This document shows, piece after piece, positions 48,821 to 58,857 of a stretch of 64,000 nucleotides of DNA (position 1 is its first letter; every line of letters begins with the position of its first letter). Source of the stretch: a bacterium (GTDB taxonomy: Bacteria; Actinomycetota; Acidimicrobiia; Spongiisociales; JAHEDJ01); contig JAHEDJ010000007.1 of the NCBI GenBank assembly GCA_024641325.1, positions 3,008 through 67,007 on the forward strand. The letters run 5' to 3'. The notes under the pieces were generated by a model that saw only the letters and a program-made list of their open reading frames with translations, was not told the origin of the DNA and did no database searches. Both the position numbers and the translations under genes were made by a program.

Positions 48821-49602
48821 ACGGGATCCGGCTGGCGATCATGCACTGGAAGGTTGGCGCTATGCACGAAGTCCAGTACCGCGTCAATTTCTTCCTTCAG
48901 CTGATCGACTCTGTTATCCGGTTGGCGACCGGACTGATAGCGATCTGGCTTGTCTTCTCGCATACGGACGACCTGGCGGGTTGGAGCCGTCATGAACTCC
49001 TGGTAGTGATGGGGATCCACATCCTGTTGTCGGGGATCAACCGCACTTTTGTCGAACCGAACGTGTTCCAGTTCATCTATACGATCGGGGAGGGGGAGTT
49101 CGACTACGTGCTTGCCCGACCGGTGGATTCGCAACTTCTGGTCAGCGTACGCAACTTGCGGTTTTGGCAGTTGGTCGATGTCGTTGTCGGAGTCGTTGTG
49201 ATCGGCTGGGCGGTGTCCGGGATCGTCGAGACGACTTCGTTGCCGGAGGTGCTGGCTTTTCTCGTCGCCGTTTCGTGCGGAGCCGTGATCCTCTATTGCA
49301 TGTGGATGGTGGTCGCCGCAGCGGCCTTCAAGTGGATCCGCGTCGACGACACCGTTCAGTTGCTCAACGGCCTTTTTCAGGCCGGGCGCTGGCCGGTCAC
49401 CATCTACCCGGGATGGCTTCGTTTGACGCTGACGTTCGTCGTGCCGCTGGCGTTCGCCATCACCGTTCCCGCCGAGAGCCTGGCTTCCAAACTGAGCGGA
49501 GGGATGCTCGTGTTGACCGTCATAGTGACGGGTGTGATGCTCTTGATCACGCGGGTGGCCTGGCAGCGTGGCGTCCGCAACTACTCAGGTGCCTCGGCAT
49601 GA
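48817..49602 (+). CDS. ABC-2 family permease (DUF990-like)
   Basis: QYRVNFF, GEFDYVLARPVDSQ, GRWPVTIYPGW; ATG 48817. Confidence 0.85.
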   Translation: MNGIRLAIMHWKVGAMHEVQYRVNFFLQLIDSVIRLATGLIAIWLVFSHTDDLAGWSRHELLVVMGIHILLSGINRTFVEPNVFQFIYTIGEGEFDYVLARPVDSQLLVSVRNLRFWQLVDVVVGVVVIGWAVSGIVETTSLPEVLAFLVAVSCGAVILYCMWMVVAAAAFKWIRVDDTVQLLNGLFQAGRWPVTIYPGWLRLTLTFVVPLAFAITVPAESLASKLSGGMLVLTVIVTGVMLLITRVAWQRGVRNYSGASA

Positions 49603-49627
49603 AACTCGCGACTAGGAGAACTCGCGA

Positions 49628-52195
49628 CTAGGAAAACTCCAACCCATCCGGGCCGGCATCGACCTTTATGGTGTCTCCATCCGCGGATGCGCCCTCCAGG
49701 ATTCTGATTGCGACCGGGTCGCCGATCGCTTTCTGCACGAGTCGTTTCAAAGGACGAGCGCCGAAGCTCGGGTCGTAGCCGTGCTCGGCCAGCCAATCGA
49801 GGGCTGCGTCTGTCAGTTCGAGGCCGATTCGTCTTTCCTCCAGGCGATCCTTCAGGTGTCCGATCTGGATTTCGGCGATTTCGCGGAGCTGCTCCCTGGT
49901 TAGACGGTGGAATACGATCATCTCGTCGACCCTGTTGATGAACTCCGGCCGGAAGCTCTGATGCACGACTTCGAGGACTCGCTTCTCCGTTACGTCGCCC
50001 GGCAAGTCGGGATCAATCAGTTCTGAGCCGAGGTTGGAGGTCATCACCAACACGACGTTTGTGAAGTCGACCGTTCGGCCCTGACCGTCGGTCAGCCGTC
50101 CGTCGTCTAGCAGCTGGAGCAGGACGTTGAAGACGTCACTGTGCGCCTTCTCGATTTCGTCGAGGAGTATGACGGAGTACGGGCGCCGGCGCACGGCTTC
50201 GGTGAGCTGGCCTCCCTCTTCGTAGCCGACATATCCAGGGGGAGCGCCGATCAGTCGGCTGACCGTGTGCTTCTCCATGTATTCAGACATGTCGATCCGG
50301 ACCATTGCCCGCTCATCATCGAAGAGAAACTTCGCGAGGGCTCTTGCCAGTTCTGTCTTGCCGACCCCTGTCGGGCCGAGGAACACGAAAGAGCCGATCG
50401 GACGATCGGGGTCGGAGAGGTGGGCGCGGCTGCGTCGAATGGCGTTCGAAACGGCGGCCACGGCATCGTCCTGTCCGATGACGCGCCTGTGGAGGTGCTC
50501 TTCGAGTCGGATCAGTTTCTGGATCTCGCCTTCCATAAGTCGCGAGACCGGCACGCCGGTCCAGCGACTGACGACCTCGGCAACGTCGTTCTCTGTCACC
50601 TCTTCCGACAGCATCCGGGTGTCGCTCTGGAGATCATCCAGGGCGGCCTGGCGAGCTTCCAACGCAGTATCCAGTTCGCGCAAGCGGCCGTACCGGAGCT
50701 CGGCCGCCCTCTCGAGATCGCTTTCGCGCTCGGCCAAGCCTGCTTCTGTTCGTGCGGCCTCGATCTGCTGCTTGAGAGAGCGGATCTCCTCGATCGACTC
50801 TTTCTCACGATTCCAATGCGCTTTCAGCCGGTCACTTTCTTCGGTGAGGTTGGCGAGTTCTTCTTCAATGGTGGCGAGGCGCTGCAGTGAGGCGGCGTCC
50901 TCTTCTTTCTGGAGGGCGGCCCGCTCGATCTCGAGTTGTCTGATTCGCCGCTCCAGATTGTCGATCTCCTCCGGCAGGGAATCGATCTCGATCCGCAGGC
51001 GCGAAGCTGCCTCGTCGATGAGGTCGATGGCTTTGTCCGGGAGATGGCGAGCCGTTATGTAGCGGTCCGACAGGACGGAGGCCGCCACTATTGCCGCGTC
51101 GGTGATGCGGACGCCGTGGTGGACCTCGTAGCGCTCCTTGAGGCCCCGCAAGATTCCGACCGTATCCTCGACCGAAGGTGGTTCGACCATGACCGGCTGG
51201 AAGCGTCGTTCGAGCGCCGCGTCCTTCTCGACGTATTTGCGGAACTCGTCGAGTGTGGTGGCGCCGATCATGCGTAGTTCGCCTCTTGCCAGCATCGGCT
51301 TCAGCATGTTGGAGGCATCCATCGACCCTTCGGCTGCCCCGGCGCCGACGATGGTGTGCATCTCGTCGATGAATGTGATGATGCCGCCCTCGGCGGCGGT
51401 GATCTCGGCCAGGACTGCTTTGAGCCGCTCCTCGAATTCGCCGCGGTACTTGGCGCCGGCGACCATCGAGCTGAGGTCCAGGGCAACGATCCGTTTGGTC
51501 TTGAGACCCTCGGGGACGTCACCGTCGGCGATTCGTTGGGCGAGGCCTTCGACGATGGCCGTCTTCCCGACGCCCGGTTCGCCGATCAGCACCGGGTTGT
51601 TCTTCGTGCGGCGGGAGAGAACCTGGATGACCCGCCGGATCTCATCATCACGACCGATCACCGGATCGAGTTTCTGTGCGCGGGCCGCCGTGGTGAGGTC
51701 GCGGCCGTATTGCTCGAGCGCGTTAAAGGCGGCCTCGGGATCGGCGGATGTGACGCGCTGGCTGCCCCGGATTTCTGTCAGGGCGGTGAGCATCGCGTCG
51801 CGGGTGGCACCGAGACCTCGCAGGATATTCCCGACCACCTCTTCGGAAGCGGCCATTGCCAGCAGCAGATGTTCGACGCTGAGGTAGTCATCCTTGAAAC
51901 TGAGGCGCTGTTCGTCTGCCTCCTCGAAGAGCCGAAGAGAAGAGACCGAAAGATGAGGCTCTTCTCCTCCGTATACGCTCGGTAGGCCTGAGAGGATGGC
52001 GTCTACGTCGTTCTTTAGTTCGGCCGGCGATGCGCCAACTCGATCTAGCAGCGGGTAGACCAGTCCATCGGTCTGACTCAGCAGTGCACGTAGGATGTGC
52101 GCCGGTTCGACATACTGGTGATTGTGCGATGCGGCCGCGCTTCGACCATCGAGGATGCTTCGTTGGGTTGCGTTGGTGAGTCGTTCGAAGTCCAT
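49628..52195 (-). CDS. clpB: ATP-dependent chaperone ClpB
   Basis: Two AAA+ domains ([16 protein letters not shown]), middle coiled coil, adjacent to the dnaK region. Confidence 0.97.
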   Translation of the reverse strand: MDFERLTNATQRSILDGRSAAASHNHQYVEPAHILRALLSQTDGLVYPLLDRVGASPAELKNDVDAILSGLPSVYGGEEPHLSVSSLRLFEEADEQRLSFKDDYLSVEHLLLAMAASEEVVGNILRGLGATRDAMLTALTEIRGSQRVTSADPEAAFNALEQYGRDLTTAARAQKLDPVIGRDDEIRRVIQVLSRRTKNNPVLIGEPGVGKTAIVEGLAQRIADGDVPEGLKTKRIVALDLSSMVAGAKYRGEFEERLKAVLAEITAAEGGIITFIDEMHTIVGAGAAEGSMDASNMLKPMLARGELRMIGATTLDEFRKYVEKDAALERRFQPVMVEPPSVEDTVGILRGLKERYEVHHGVRITDAAIVAASVLSDRYITARHLPDKAIDLIDEAASRLRIEIDSLPEEIDNLERRIRQLEIERAALQKEEDAASLQRLATIEEELANLTEESDRLKAHWNREKESIEEIRSLKQQIEAARTEAGLAERESDLERAAELRYGRLRELDTALEARQAALDDLQSDTRMLSEEVTENDVAEVVSRWTGVPVSRLMEGEIQKLIRLEEHLHRRVIGQDDAVAAVSNAIRRSRAHLSDPDRPIGSFVFLGPTGVGKTELARALAKFLFDDERAMVRIDMSEYMEKHTVSRLIGAPPGYVGYEEGGQLTEAVRRRPYSVILLDEIEKAHSDVFNVLLQLLDDGRLTDGQGRTVDFTNVVLVMTSNLGSELIDPDLPGDVTEKRVLEVVHQSFRPEFINRVDEMIVFHRLTREQLREIAEIQIGHLKDRLEERRIGLELTDAALDWLAEHGYDPSFGARPLKRLVQKAIGDPVAIRILEGASADGDTIKVDAGPDGLEFS

Positions 52196-52291
52196 GGGTA
52201 ATCTCTCGAATCAGTGAACCGTAGGCTGAACGCCAATATTCCATAAAATCTAAGTCTTATCATATCAGATCTGTCTGGAGAGAGGACCGCG

Positions 52292-52774
52292 ATGAAGGGC
52301 AAAACACCGGCTGAATCCGCATCCACTGTAACCCTGGTCATGCAACTCATTCACGCCAATTCGGCGGGTTTCATCCATGGTGGGGAGATCATGAAGCTGG
52401 TCGACACAACGGCCGGCGTCGCGTCCATGCGGCACTCCAACGGTCGGGTGGTCACGGTTGAGGTCGACTCGCTCACCTTCCTCGCTCCGGTTCACATCGG
52501 CGATCTCGTGACGCTCGATGCCGTGGTCACACAGGCCTGGCGATCGTCGATGGAGGTCGAAGTCCGGGTTAAGCGAGAAGACCCGCGGACCGGCGATCAA
52601 GAGCAAACGACGACCGCCTACCTGACCATGGTGGCCGTTGACGAGGACGGTCGACCGGTGAGAGTCCCCGAAGTGCTGGCCGAGACACAGGACGATATCC
52701 GCCGGCAACGAGAGGCGAATCTCAGGCGCGAGGAGCGCATCCGGATTCGAGCAAGACTGGAGTCCGAAGCCTAA
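52292..52774 (+). CDS. hot-dog fold acyl-CoA thioesterase
   Basis: HANSAGFIHGGEIMKLVD, FLAPVHIGDLV, MVAVDEDGRP. Confidence 0.9.
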   Translation: MKGKTPAESASTVTLVMQLIHANSAGFIHGGEIMKLVDTTAGVASMRHSNGRVVTVEVDSLTFLAPVHIGDLVTLDAVVTQAWRSSMEVEVRVKREDPRTGDQEQTTTAYLTMVAVDEDGRPVRVPEVLAETQDDIRRQREANLRREERIRIRARLESEA

Positions 52775-52852
52775 GGCGAATTGCGAATCGCGAATTGCGC
52801 GAATCGCGAACCGACGTACCGACATAGCGCGGACACGTAGCCCGAGGCCCTA

Positions 52853-53242
52853 TCAGGTGAGCATCAGCTCCAGACGCCGGTTGACGGCGTCGAGGACGGC
52901 CCGAGCGGTTGCCTTGGCCGGGTCGTTCTCTCTGATCACCGCGCTGCCGACCAGGGAGTCGAGCGAGCCTTCGATTCGAACCTCGGCGATTGCCACGCGC
53001 GCGGTTCCAAGATCGGTAGTTGCGACACCACTCAGATCGAGCCGGGTGCCGTCGCCGATGATTCTCTCTACTGCGCGGAGAGCTGCCTCACCGACGAGCC
53101 TGGGCCGGGCGCCACCATCGGAAGAGCCAATCGATTCTCCGTCGTATGGGACGTCATTCCAGGCAAGCACGATACGCACTCGAGCTTCATTGTCGGTCAC
53201 CTGCTCATCGAGCATGGCCAGGGCGGGACGCTGGAATCTCAT
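52853..53242 (-). CDS. hypothetical protein, possible LeuA allosteric-domain-like fold
   Basis: Beta/alpha pattern ending VGSAVIRENDPAKATARAVLDAVNRR. Confidence 0.6.
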   Translation of the reverse strand: MRFQRPALAMLDEQVTDNEARVRIVLAWNDVPYDGESIGSSDGGARPRLVGEAALRAVERIIGDGTRLDLSGVATTDLGTARVAIAEVRIEGSLDSLVGSAVIRENDPAKATARAVLDAVNRRLELMLT

Positions 53243-53279
53243 GACTGCAACGGTAGCGCGTCTGAGGCTTGCCGGCCGA

Positions 53280-54746
53280 TCATGCAGACACCGTTCTTTC
53301 TTCCGCCCATCGTCTGAGGGCCGAGATTTCCTCAGAGCGGGCGATCGATAATGGAACCGTGGCCTTCATCTCGGAGGCGATGTCGCCACCGTCCATCACC
53401 TGATCCTTGGCAAAGGCCCGGTAGAGCGCGCCGACGACGGCTGCTTCGATTTCCGCTCCGGAGAATCCGACGGACATTTCGGCGAGTTCATCGAGATCGA
53501 AAGTGTCTGGATCGCGGCCCCGTTCTGAGATATGGACGGCGAGAATCGCCCGGCGGGCGGTTGTATCCGGGAGGTCCACGAAGAAGGTCTCATCGAATCG
53601 ACCTTTGCGGAGAAGCTCGGGGGGGAGGCCGGACACATCATTGGCGGTGGCGACCAGGAACACTCCGTCCGGCCGATCCTGCATCCAGCGCAGGAACGTT
53701 CCCAGGAGCCGGCGGCTCACCCCGCCGTCGCCGTCTCCGGAAGTGGCGAGGCCTTTCTCGATTTCGTCGATCCACAGCACGATCGGTGCCATGGCATCCA
53801 CCGAGTCGAGTGCGCGGGCGAGCCGTTGCTCGGACTCCCCGATGTACTTGCCGTAGAGCCGTGAAGGATCCAGAAGGACCAGTGGCAGGCCCCAGGCAGA
53901 GGCAATCGTCTTGGCGATCAGCGATTTCCCACATCCGGGCACACCGGTGAGAAGCACCCCGCGCGGGTGGTCGATTCCCAGGGCCGTCGTGCCGGCGTCC
54001 CGGGCTCGACCCCTGATGGCCAGCCATTGCTTGAGAGACGCCATTCCTCCGACTCCATCGAAGCCTTCGGCCCGGACGTCGACGAGTTCGAGAATCCCAT
54101 CGGCGGTGAACATGGCCGCTTTGGCGACCCGGATCTTCAGAAGGTCGGATGAATCGACGATTCCATCATCGGAGGCGGCCCGGTGGAGTAATCGGTCGGC
54201 TTCGGAAAGTGTGAGGCCGGACACGGCTTCAACCAGACCCTCGACAGCCTCCCGCGGCAAGTCCACCCGGACGCCTGCTCGTCGGAAGGTGTTGAGGGTT
54301 CGATCGACGAGGGCGGCCATTTCAGGGCGGCCGGGGGGTCGAAGTTGCCACACGTGGGCGATCGTGTCTAGCTCGGCAGGGACATCATGGTCCGGACCGG
54401 TGAGGATGAGCGTTTGCCCGGGAACAGCCTCCTGGCAGATCTCTTTGAGGCGCCGGACGACCATGTCGTCGCGCAGAATCGTGTGAGCATCGGCAAAGAC
54501 GAATACTGAAGGTGACTTGATATCGGCCACGAAGGAGAGCGCATGGTGGGGATCGACCGTTCCGTACATGGGTTCCCCGCCGTCCCGCGTAAGACCGCGA
54601 GTCGCGGACCACACCCAGAGCGGGCTCTTCAGCTCGGCCGCCAATCCGCGCACGATGCCCAGGAATCTCGGTTCCTCATGAGACTCAACGAGAAGCAGAG
54701 GAAACTGAGACGCGAGCAGAACTCGAAGATCGGCGACACTGTCCAT
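53280..54746 (-). CDS. AAA+ ATPase (Ycf46-like)
   Basis: GVPGCGKS, LWIDEIEK, PPELLRKGRFDE, GFSGAEIE. Confidence 0.88.
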   Translation of the reverse strand: MDSVADLRVLLASQFPLLLVESHEEPRFLGIVRGLAAELKSPLWVWSATRGLTRDGGEPMYGTVDPHHALSFVADIKSPSVFVFADAHTILRDDMVVRRLKEICQEAVPGQTLILTGPDHDVPAELDTIAHVWQLRPPGRPEMAALVDRTLNTFRRAGVRVDLPREAVEGLVEAVSGLTLSEADRLLHRAASDDGIVDSSDLLKIRVAKAAMFTADGILELVDVRAEGFDGVGGMASLKQWLAIRGRARDAGTTALGIDHPRGVLLTGVPGCGKSLIAKTIASAWGLPLVLLDPSRLYGKYIGESEQRLARALDSVDAMAPIVLWIDEIEKGLATSGDGDGGVSRRLLGTFLRWMQDRPDGVFLVATANDVSGLPPELLRKGRFDETFFVDLPDTTARRAILAVHISERGRDPDTFDLDELAEMSVGFSGAEIEAAVVGALYRAFAKDQVMDGGDIASEMKATVPLSIARSEEISALRRWAEERTVSA

Positions 54747-54787
54747 GCCAGCCATTATCGGCAGCCGAACCTCTCTCCTCGAGCAGA

Positions 54788-55210
54788 ATGGTGTTTGTGC
54801 AACGCTTTGAGATATTGCCACATACCGCCGACGTGGCGGTCGCCATCTACGGCGAGTCCCTGGCCGACCTCTTTGTGAATGCCGGCTCGGCCCTGTTCGA
54901 GCTCATGTTCGAAATGGGGGCGGCGCCCGTCGGTGAGCCGATCCGGGTCGAGGCGGCGGGTGATGGCATCGAAGAGCTGCTCGTGGCCTGGTTGTCGGAG
55001 TTGCTGTTCGTCTTTGAGGTTAAAGGAATCGCCCTGTCCGGGTTCGAGGTGACAGTGACCAATGGTGGTGCAGTGGTTGGGTCGGCGAATCCAACGCCGA
55101 CCGCCGAATTGGTCTTGACGGGTGCACCGATCAAGGCGGTGACATACCACGACCTGGCGGTTCGTCTGGTTGGCGGGGTCTGGACTGCGATCGTGGTCTT
55201 CGACGTTTGA
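54788..55210 (+). CDS. archease
   Basis: HTADV N-terminal motif, IKAVTYH, VVFDV C-terminus. Confidence 0.92.
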   Translation: MVFVQRFEILPHTADVAVAIYGESLADLFVNAGSALFELMFEMGAAPVGEPIRVEAAGDGIEELLVAWLSELLFVFEVKGIALSGFEVTVTNGGAVVGSANPTPTAELVLTGAPIKAVTYHDLAVRLVGGVWTAIVVFDV

Positions 55211-55331
55211 GGTGCCGTCTACCCCTCATTCGGGCCGTCTCCCCATTGCAATCCTTTTCCCTGCTTTCTGATCACAGGAAGTCGCTGGTAACTAGCCTGA
55301 CATATGAGTAGCTATTGGAGGGAGTTCCACC

Positions 55332-55712
55332 TTGTTCAAGGAGTTCAAAGAGTTCGCGATGAGGCCGACGCTCATCGAGATCGCCGTCGGTCTGGTAATG
55401 GCCGTGGCGTTGGGCGCGCTGGTCAACTCGCTGGTCGAGCACGTCGTGATGCCGATCGTCGGCATCATCTTCGGTGAGCCGAGTTTCGATTCGGCCCTGA
55501 TTCTCACGATCAACGACTCGCAGATCAGGTTCGGTTCGTTCCTGACTGCCATCGTCTCGTTCCTGTCCGTCGCCGCCGCCGTGTTCTTCTTCATCATCAA
55601 GCCCTACAAGGCCTATTTGGCGAGGAAGGAAGCACCTGCAGAAGAGCCCGAAGCCGAGCCTGAGGACCTCGTCCTGCTGCGTGAGATCCGCGACGCGCTG
55701 CGGATCCGCTAG
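55332..55712 (+). CDS. mscL: large-conductance mechanosensitive channel
   Basis: MFKEFKEFAMR, AVGLVMA, LLREIRDAL. Confidence 0.95.
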   Translation: MFKEFKEFAMRPTLIEIAVGLVMAVALGALVNSLVEHVVMPIVGIIFGEPSFDSALILTINDSQIRFGSFLTAIVSFLSVAAAVFFFIIKPYKAYLARKEAPAEEPEAEPEDLVLLREIRDALRIR

Positions 55713-55731
55713 ACATAACAAAGACGTTCGA

Positions 55732-55757
55732 GGGGCCGGCGGAAATCCGCCGGCCCC
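55732..55757 (+). terminator. hairpin after mscL
   Basis: ggggccggcgga-aa-tccgccggcccc. Confidence 0.7.
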
Positions 55758-55775
55758 GGCGCGTACGCTTGGACT

Positions 55776-57200
55776 ATGACGCTGGTTCGGTCCTCGGATA
55801 TTGTCTGGGACATACCACGCCTGCACGGCATGCGGGTGCCCGGTAGGTTGTTCGCTTCCGAGCCACTGATGCTCAAGGCCCGGGAGGATCGTGCGATTCA
55901 ACAGGTTGAGAACGTGGCTCACCTTCCGGGCATAGTCGGCTACTCGATGGCGATGCCGGATATCCACTGGGGTTATGGGTTCCCGATCGGGGGAGTGGCT
56001 GCCACGGATGTCGAGAACGGCGGCGTCGTCTCACCGGGCGGTGTCGGGTTCGACATTTGCTGTGGTGTACGTCTGCTCGCCTCGTCGTTCGGTGAAGAGG
56101 ATTTTGCCGGTCGCCGTCGCGAACTGATGGCCGAGCTGGATCGGCGCATTCCGCGCGGGCTGGGTAAGGGGTCGATCGCGGATTCGAGTCTGGTGCGACG
56201 GACGTTGATCGGCGGGGCGGCCACAGTGTTGGAGGCTGGCTACGGCCGGCCGGCCGATTTAGATCGATGTGAAGAGCATGGGACGTCGGCCGGAGCCGAT
56301 GTCGCGGCGATCAGCGCCCGCGCTCTCGAGCGGGGCGGTTCCCAGCTCGGATCTCTCGGGTCGGGCAATCACTTCCTCGAGGTTCAGGTGGTCGATCAGG
56401 TCCTGGACGGCGAAGCGGCGGCCGTGTTCGGTCTGTCGAAAGGCATGGTGGTCGTGATGATCCATTGCGGCAGTCGCGGCCTCGGCCATCAGACCTGCAC
56501 CGACCAGCTCAAGCTGATGGGGTCGGCGATGAGCCGATATGGGATCGAAGTGCCGGACCGGCAGCTCGCTTGCGTGCCGGTGCGGTCGCCTGAGGGGGAG
56601 AGATACCTCGCCGCCATGGCGGCGGCGTCCAACTTCGCCTGGGCGAACCGGCACGTGCTGGCCCATGAGGCCCGCAAGGCGTTTGCCGCTGCCTTCGGCG
56701 TCTCGATGGAACGAACCGGCATGCAGTTGGTATACGACGTGGCGCACAACCTCGCCAAGGTCGAGCGGCATGAGGTGGGGGGAGCGGAGCGGTTGCTGTG
56801 CGTCCACCGCAAGGGAGCGACCCGGGCTTTCGGCCCTGGCCACCCGGACCTGCCCGAGGATCTCCGTCGGGTCGGCCAGCCGGTGCTGGTGCCCGGGAGC
56901 ATGGGAACCGCCTCCTGGGTGTTGCGCGGCGTTCCCGACAACCCGGCGTTCGCCTCGGCCGCCCACGGGGCCGGCCGATTGATGAGCCGCAAGAAGGCCA
57001 AGCAGCAGGAGACGGGCCGTGCGGTGATGGACGGCCTCGAGGCCGGCGGCATCTCCGTCCGCCCCGGCTCGGTGGGCCTCCTCAGCGAGGAGGCCCCGTA
57101 TGCCTACAAGGACGTCGACGAGGTGGCCCGGGTCTGCGAGGTAGCGGGCCTCGCACAAAGGGTCGCACGGTTGCGGCCGCTGGGAGTAGTCAAGGGATAG
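55776..57200 (+). CDS. rtcB: RNA-splicing/repair ligase RtcB
   Basis: PDIHWGYGFPIGG, GFDICCG, GSGNHF, HCGSRG, HRKGA, HGAGR, EEAPYAYK. Confidence 0.96.
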   Translation: MTLVRSSDIVWDIPRLHGMRVPGRLFASEPLMLKAREDRAIQQVENVAHLPGIVGYSMAMPDIHWGYGFPIGGVAATDVENGGVVSPGGVGFDICCGVRLLASSFGEEDFAGRRRELMAELDRRIPRGLGKGSIADSSLVRRTLIGGAATVLEAGYGRPADLDRCEEHGTSAGADVAAISARALERGGSQLGSLGSGNHFLEVQVVDQVLDGEAAAVFGLSKGMVVVMIHCGSRGLGHQTCTDQLKLMGSAMSRYGIEVPDRQLACVPVRSPEGERYLAAMAAASNFAWANRHVLAHEARKAFAAAFGVSMERTGMQLVYDVAHNLAKVERHEVGGAERLLCVHRKGATRAFGPGHPDLPEDLRRVGQPVLVPGSMGTASWVLRGVPDNPAFASAAHGAGRLMSRKKAKQQETGRAVMDGLEAGGISVRPGSVGLLSEEAPYAYKDVDEVARVCEVAGLAQRVARLRPLGVVKG

Positions 57201-57207
57201 GTCGGGT

Positions 57208-57321
57208 TTCTCGGCAATACTGTCGTTCCCCACGCGCATCTACATTGCCGAAAAGATGAGCACAGGATTCTCAGCAATATTGTCGTTTCCCACGCGCAAC
57301 TACATTGCTGAGAAAATGGGC
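57208..57321. repeat. two tandem ~54-bp palindromic units with 60-bp period
   Basis: ttctcggcaat..attgccgaaaa and ttctcagcaat..attgctgagaa around near-identical 25-nt loops. Confidence 0.85.
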
Positions 57322-57324
57322 GGA

Positions 57325-57723
57325 TTAGTCCTGCGTTCTCCGCACATCGGGGAGGACCTGGCGGCGCAGCACAATCTCCGACCGGTAGCTGCGGTGCACC
57401 TGGCGGATTTCCTGCTCGGCGTTCTCGTGAGCTTCCCGCACGCGTTCCTGCAGTTGATCGACCTTGGCGCGCAGGCTCAGCAGAAGGTTTTCGAGTTCGA
57501 GAACGCGCCTCACACCTTCGAGGTTGAGTCCCTCCTCGGTCAGTTCCTGGATGAGCGACAGCCGTTCGAGGTCCGCCTGTGAGTAGCGGCGAGTGCCACC
57601 CGGTGTGCGGTAGGGCTCGATCAAACCGCGGCGTTCATAGATCCGCAGAGTTTGAGGATGGACGCCTGCGAGTTCGGCTGCCACCGAAATCACATATACG
57701 GCTTGTTCTCTTTTGCTCGCCAT
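57325..57723 (-). CDS. hspR: MerR-family heat-shock repressor HspR
   Basis: YVISVAAELAGVHPQTLRIYERRGLI..GGTRRYS; last gene of the dnaK operon. Confidence 0.93.
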   Translation of the reverse strand: MASKREQAVYVISVAAELAGVHPQTLRIYERRGLIEPYRTPGGTRRYSQADLERLSLIQELTEEGLNLEGVRRVLELENLLLSLRAKVDQLQERVREAHENAEQEIRQVHRSYRSEIVLRRQVLPDVRRTQD

Positions 57724-57726
57724 TGC

Positions 57727-58857
57727 CTATACCTCTAGATGGGCGCGGGGACTCTCTTGTTCAAACTCCTCGGCGTACTGCTCGAGCAGTTTCTTGGCCG
57801 CCCGCGGCAGCTTCTGTGGAACTGCGACCTCCACCGTAACCAGAAGGTCGCCGGTCTTGCCTCGTGTACGCGGTACGCCCCTGCCGCGCACGCGAAAAGT
57901 CTTACCGCTGCGTGTTCCCGCGGGGACTTTGAGCTTCACCGGACCGTTCAGCGTGGGAACGTCGATCGCGGTGCCGAGGGTGGCTTCGGTGAACGTGACG
58001 GGTACCCGCAACGTGAGGTTCTGGCCGTTGCGCCGGAAGAGCGGATGCTTGGCAACGTGAACCCTGACGATGAGGTCTCCATGCGGTCCGCCATTGCGTC
58101 CCGGCGCACCTTTGCCGCGCAGTCGAATCGCCGAAGCGTCGGCCACGCCGGACGGAATCTTGACTTTGATGGTTCGCGACCGGACCTCTGTGCCACGGCC
58201 GCGGCACGTAGAACAAGGTTGTTCGATGAGTTTGCCCGTTCCCCGGCACTGGGGGCACGGTTGTGAAATCGAGAAGAAGCCCTGACTCTGGGCAACCGTT
58301 CCGGCGCCACGGCAGGTGGGACACACCTGGACCGGCGTCCCGGGTTCTCCGCCGGAGCCTCCGCAGTGCCGACAAGTCGCTTCACCTTCGATCGCTACCG
58401 ACGTGGTCACGCCGTGAAACGCATCCTCGAAGGACAGGTGGAGTTCGGCACGAAAGTCGGCGCCGCGGCTTGGCCCGGTATTTCCGCCGCCACTGCGGCC
58501 GAATCCGAACAGGTCGCCGAGTCCGCCTGCACCGCCGAGCAGATCCCCTAGATCCTCCACACGGAACTGCTGTCCTGCGCCACCGAACGGACTTCCGCCT
58601 CCGAAACCCTGGAATCCACCCGAATCGACCATTTGCCTTATCTGGTCGTACTCGGCCCGATGTTCCTCGTTGGACAGAGTGGCGTAGGCCTCAGAGACGT
58701 CTTTGAAGCGATCCTCTGCCGTCGGGTCGTCCGGGTTGGCATCCGGGTGCAGCCGCTGGGCCAGCTTGCGGTAGGCGCGCTTGATTTCCTCCTGCGACGA
58801 GTCTTTCGACACGCCGAGGACCTTGTAGAAATCCTTGTCGACCCAGTCCTTATTCAT
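57727..58857 (-). CDS. dnaJ: chaperone DnaJ
   Basis: HPD J-domain, four CxxCxGxG repeats. Confidence 0.97.
   Translation of the reverse strand: MNKDWVDKDFYKVLGVSKDSSQEEIKRAYRKLAQRLHPDANPDDPTAEDRFKDVSEAYATLSNEEHRAEYDQIRQMVDSGGFQGFGGGSPFGGAGQQFRVEDLGDLLGGAGGLGDLFGFGRSGGGNTGPSRGADFRAELHLSFEDAFHGVTTSVAIEGEATCRHCGGSGGEPGTPVQVCPTCRGAGTVAQSQGFFSISQPCPQCRGTGKLIEQPCSTCRGRGTEVRSRTIKVKIPSGVADASAIRLRGKGAPGRNGGPHGDLIVRVHVAKHPLFRRNGQNLTLRVPVTFTEATLGTAIDVPTLNGPVKLKVPAGTRSGKTFRVRGRGVPRTRGKTGDLLVTVEVAVPQKLPRAAKKLLEQYAEEFEQESPRAHLEV

Noticed and set aside
52200-52275. HAIR site upstream of clpB
   Set aside because: Only weak TCTGA..TTAGA symmetry; does not fit CTTGAGT-N7-ACTCAAG
57208-57321. CRISPR array
   Set aside because: Only two units, no unique spacers, no cas genes
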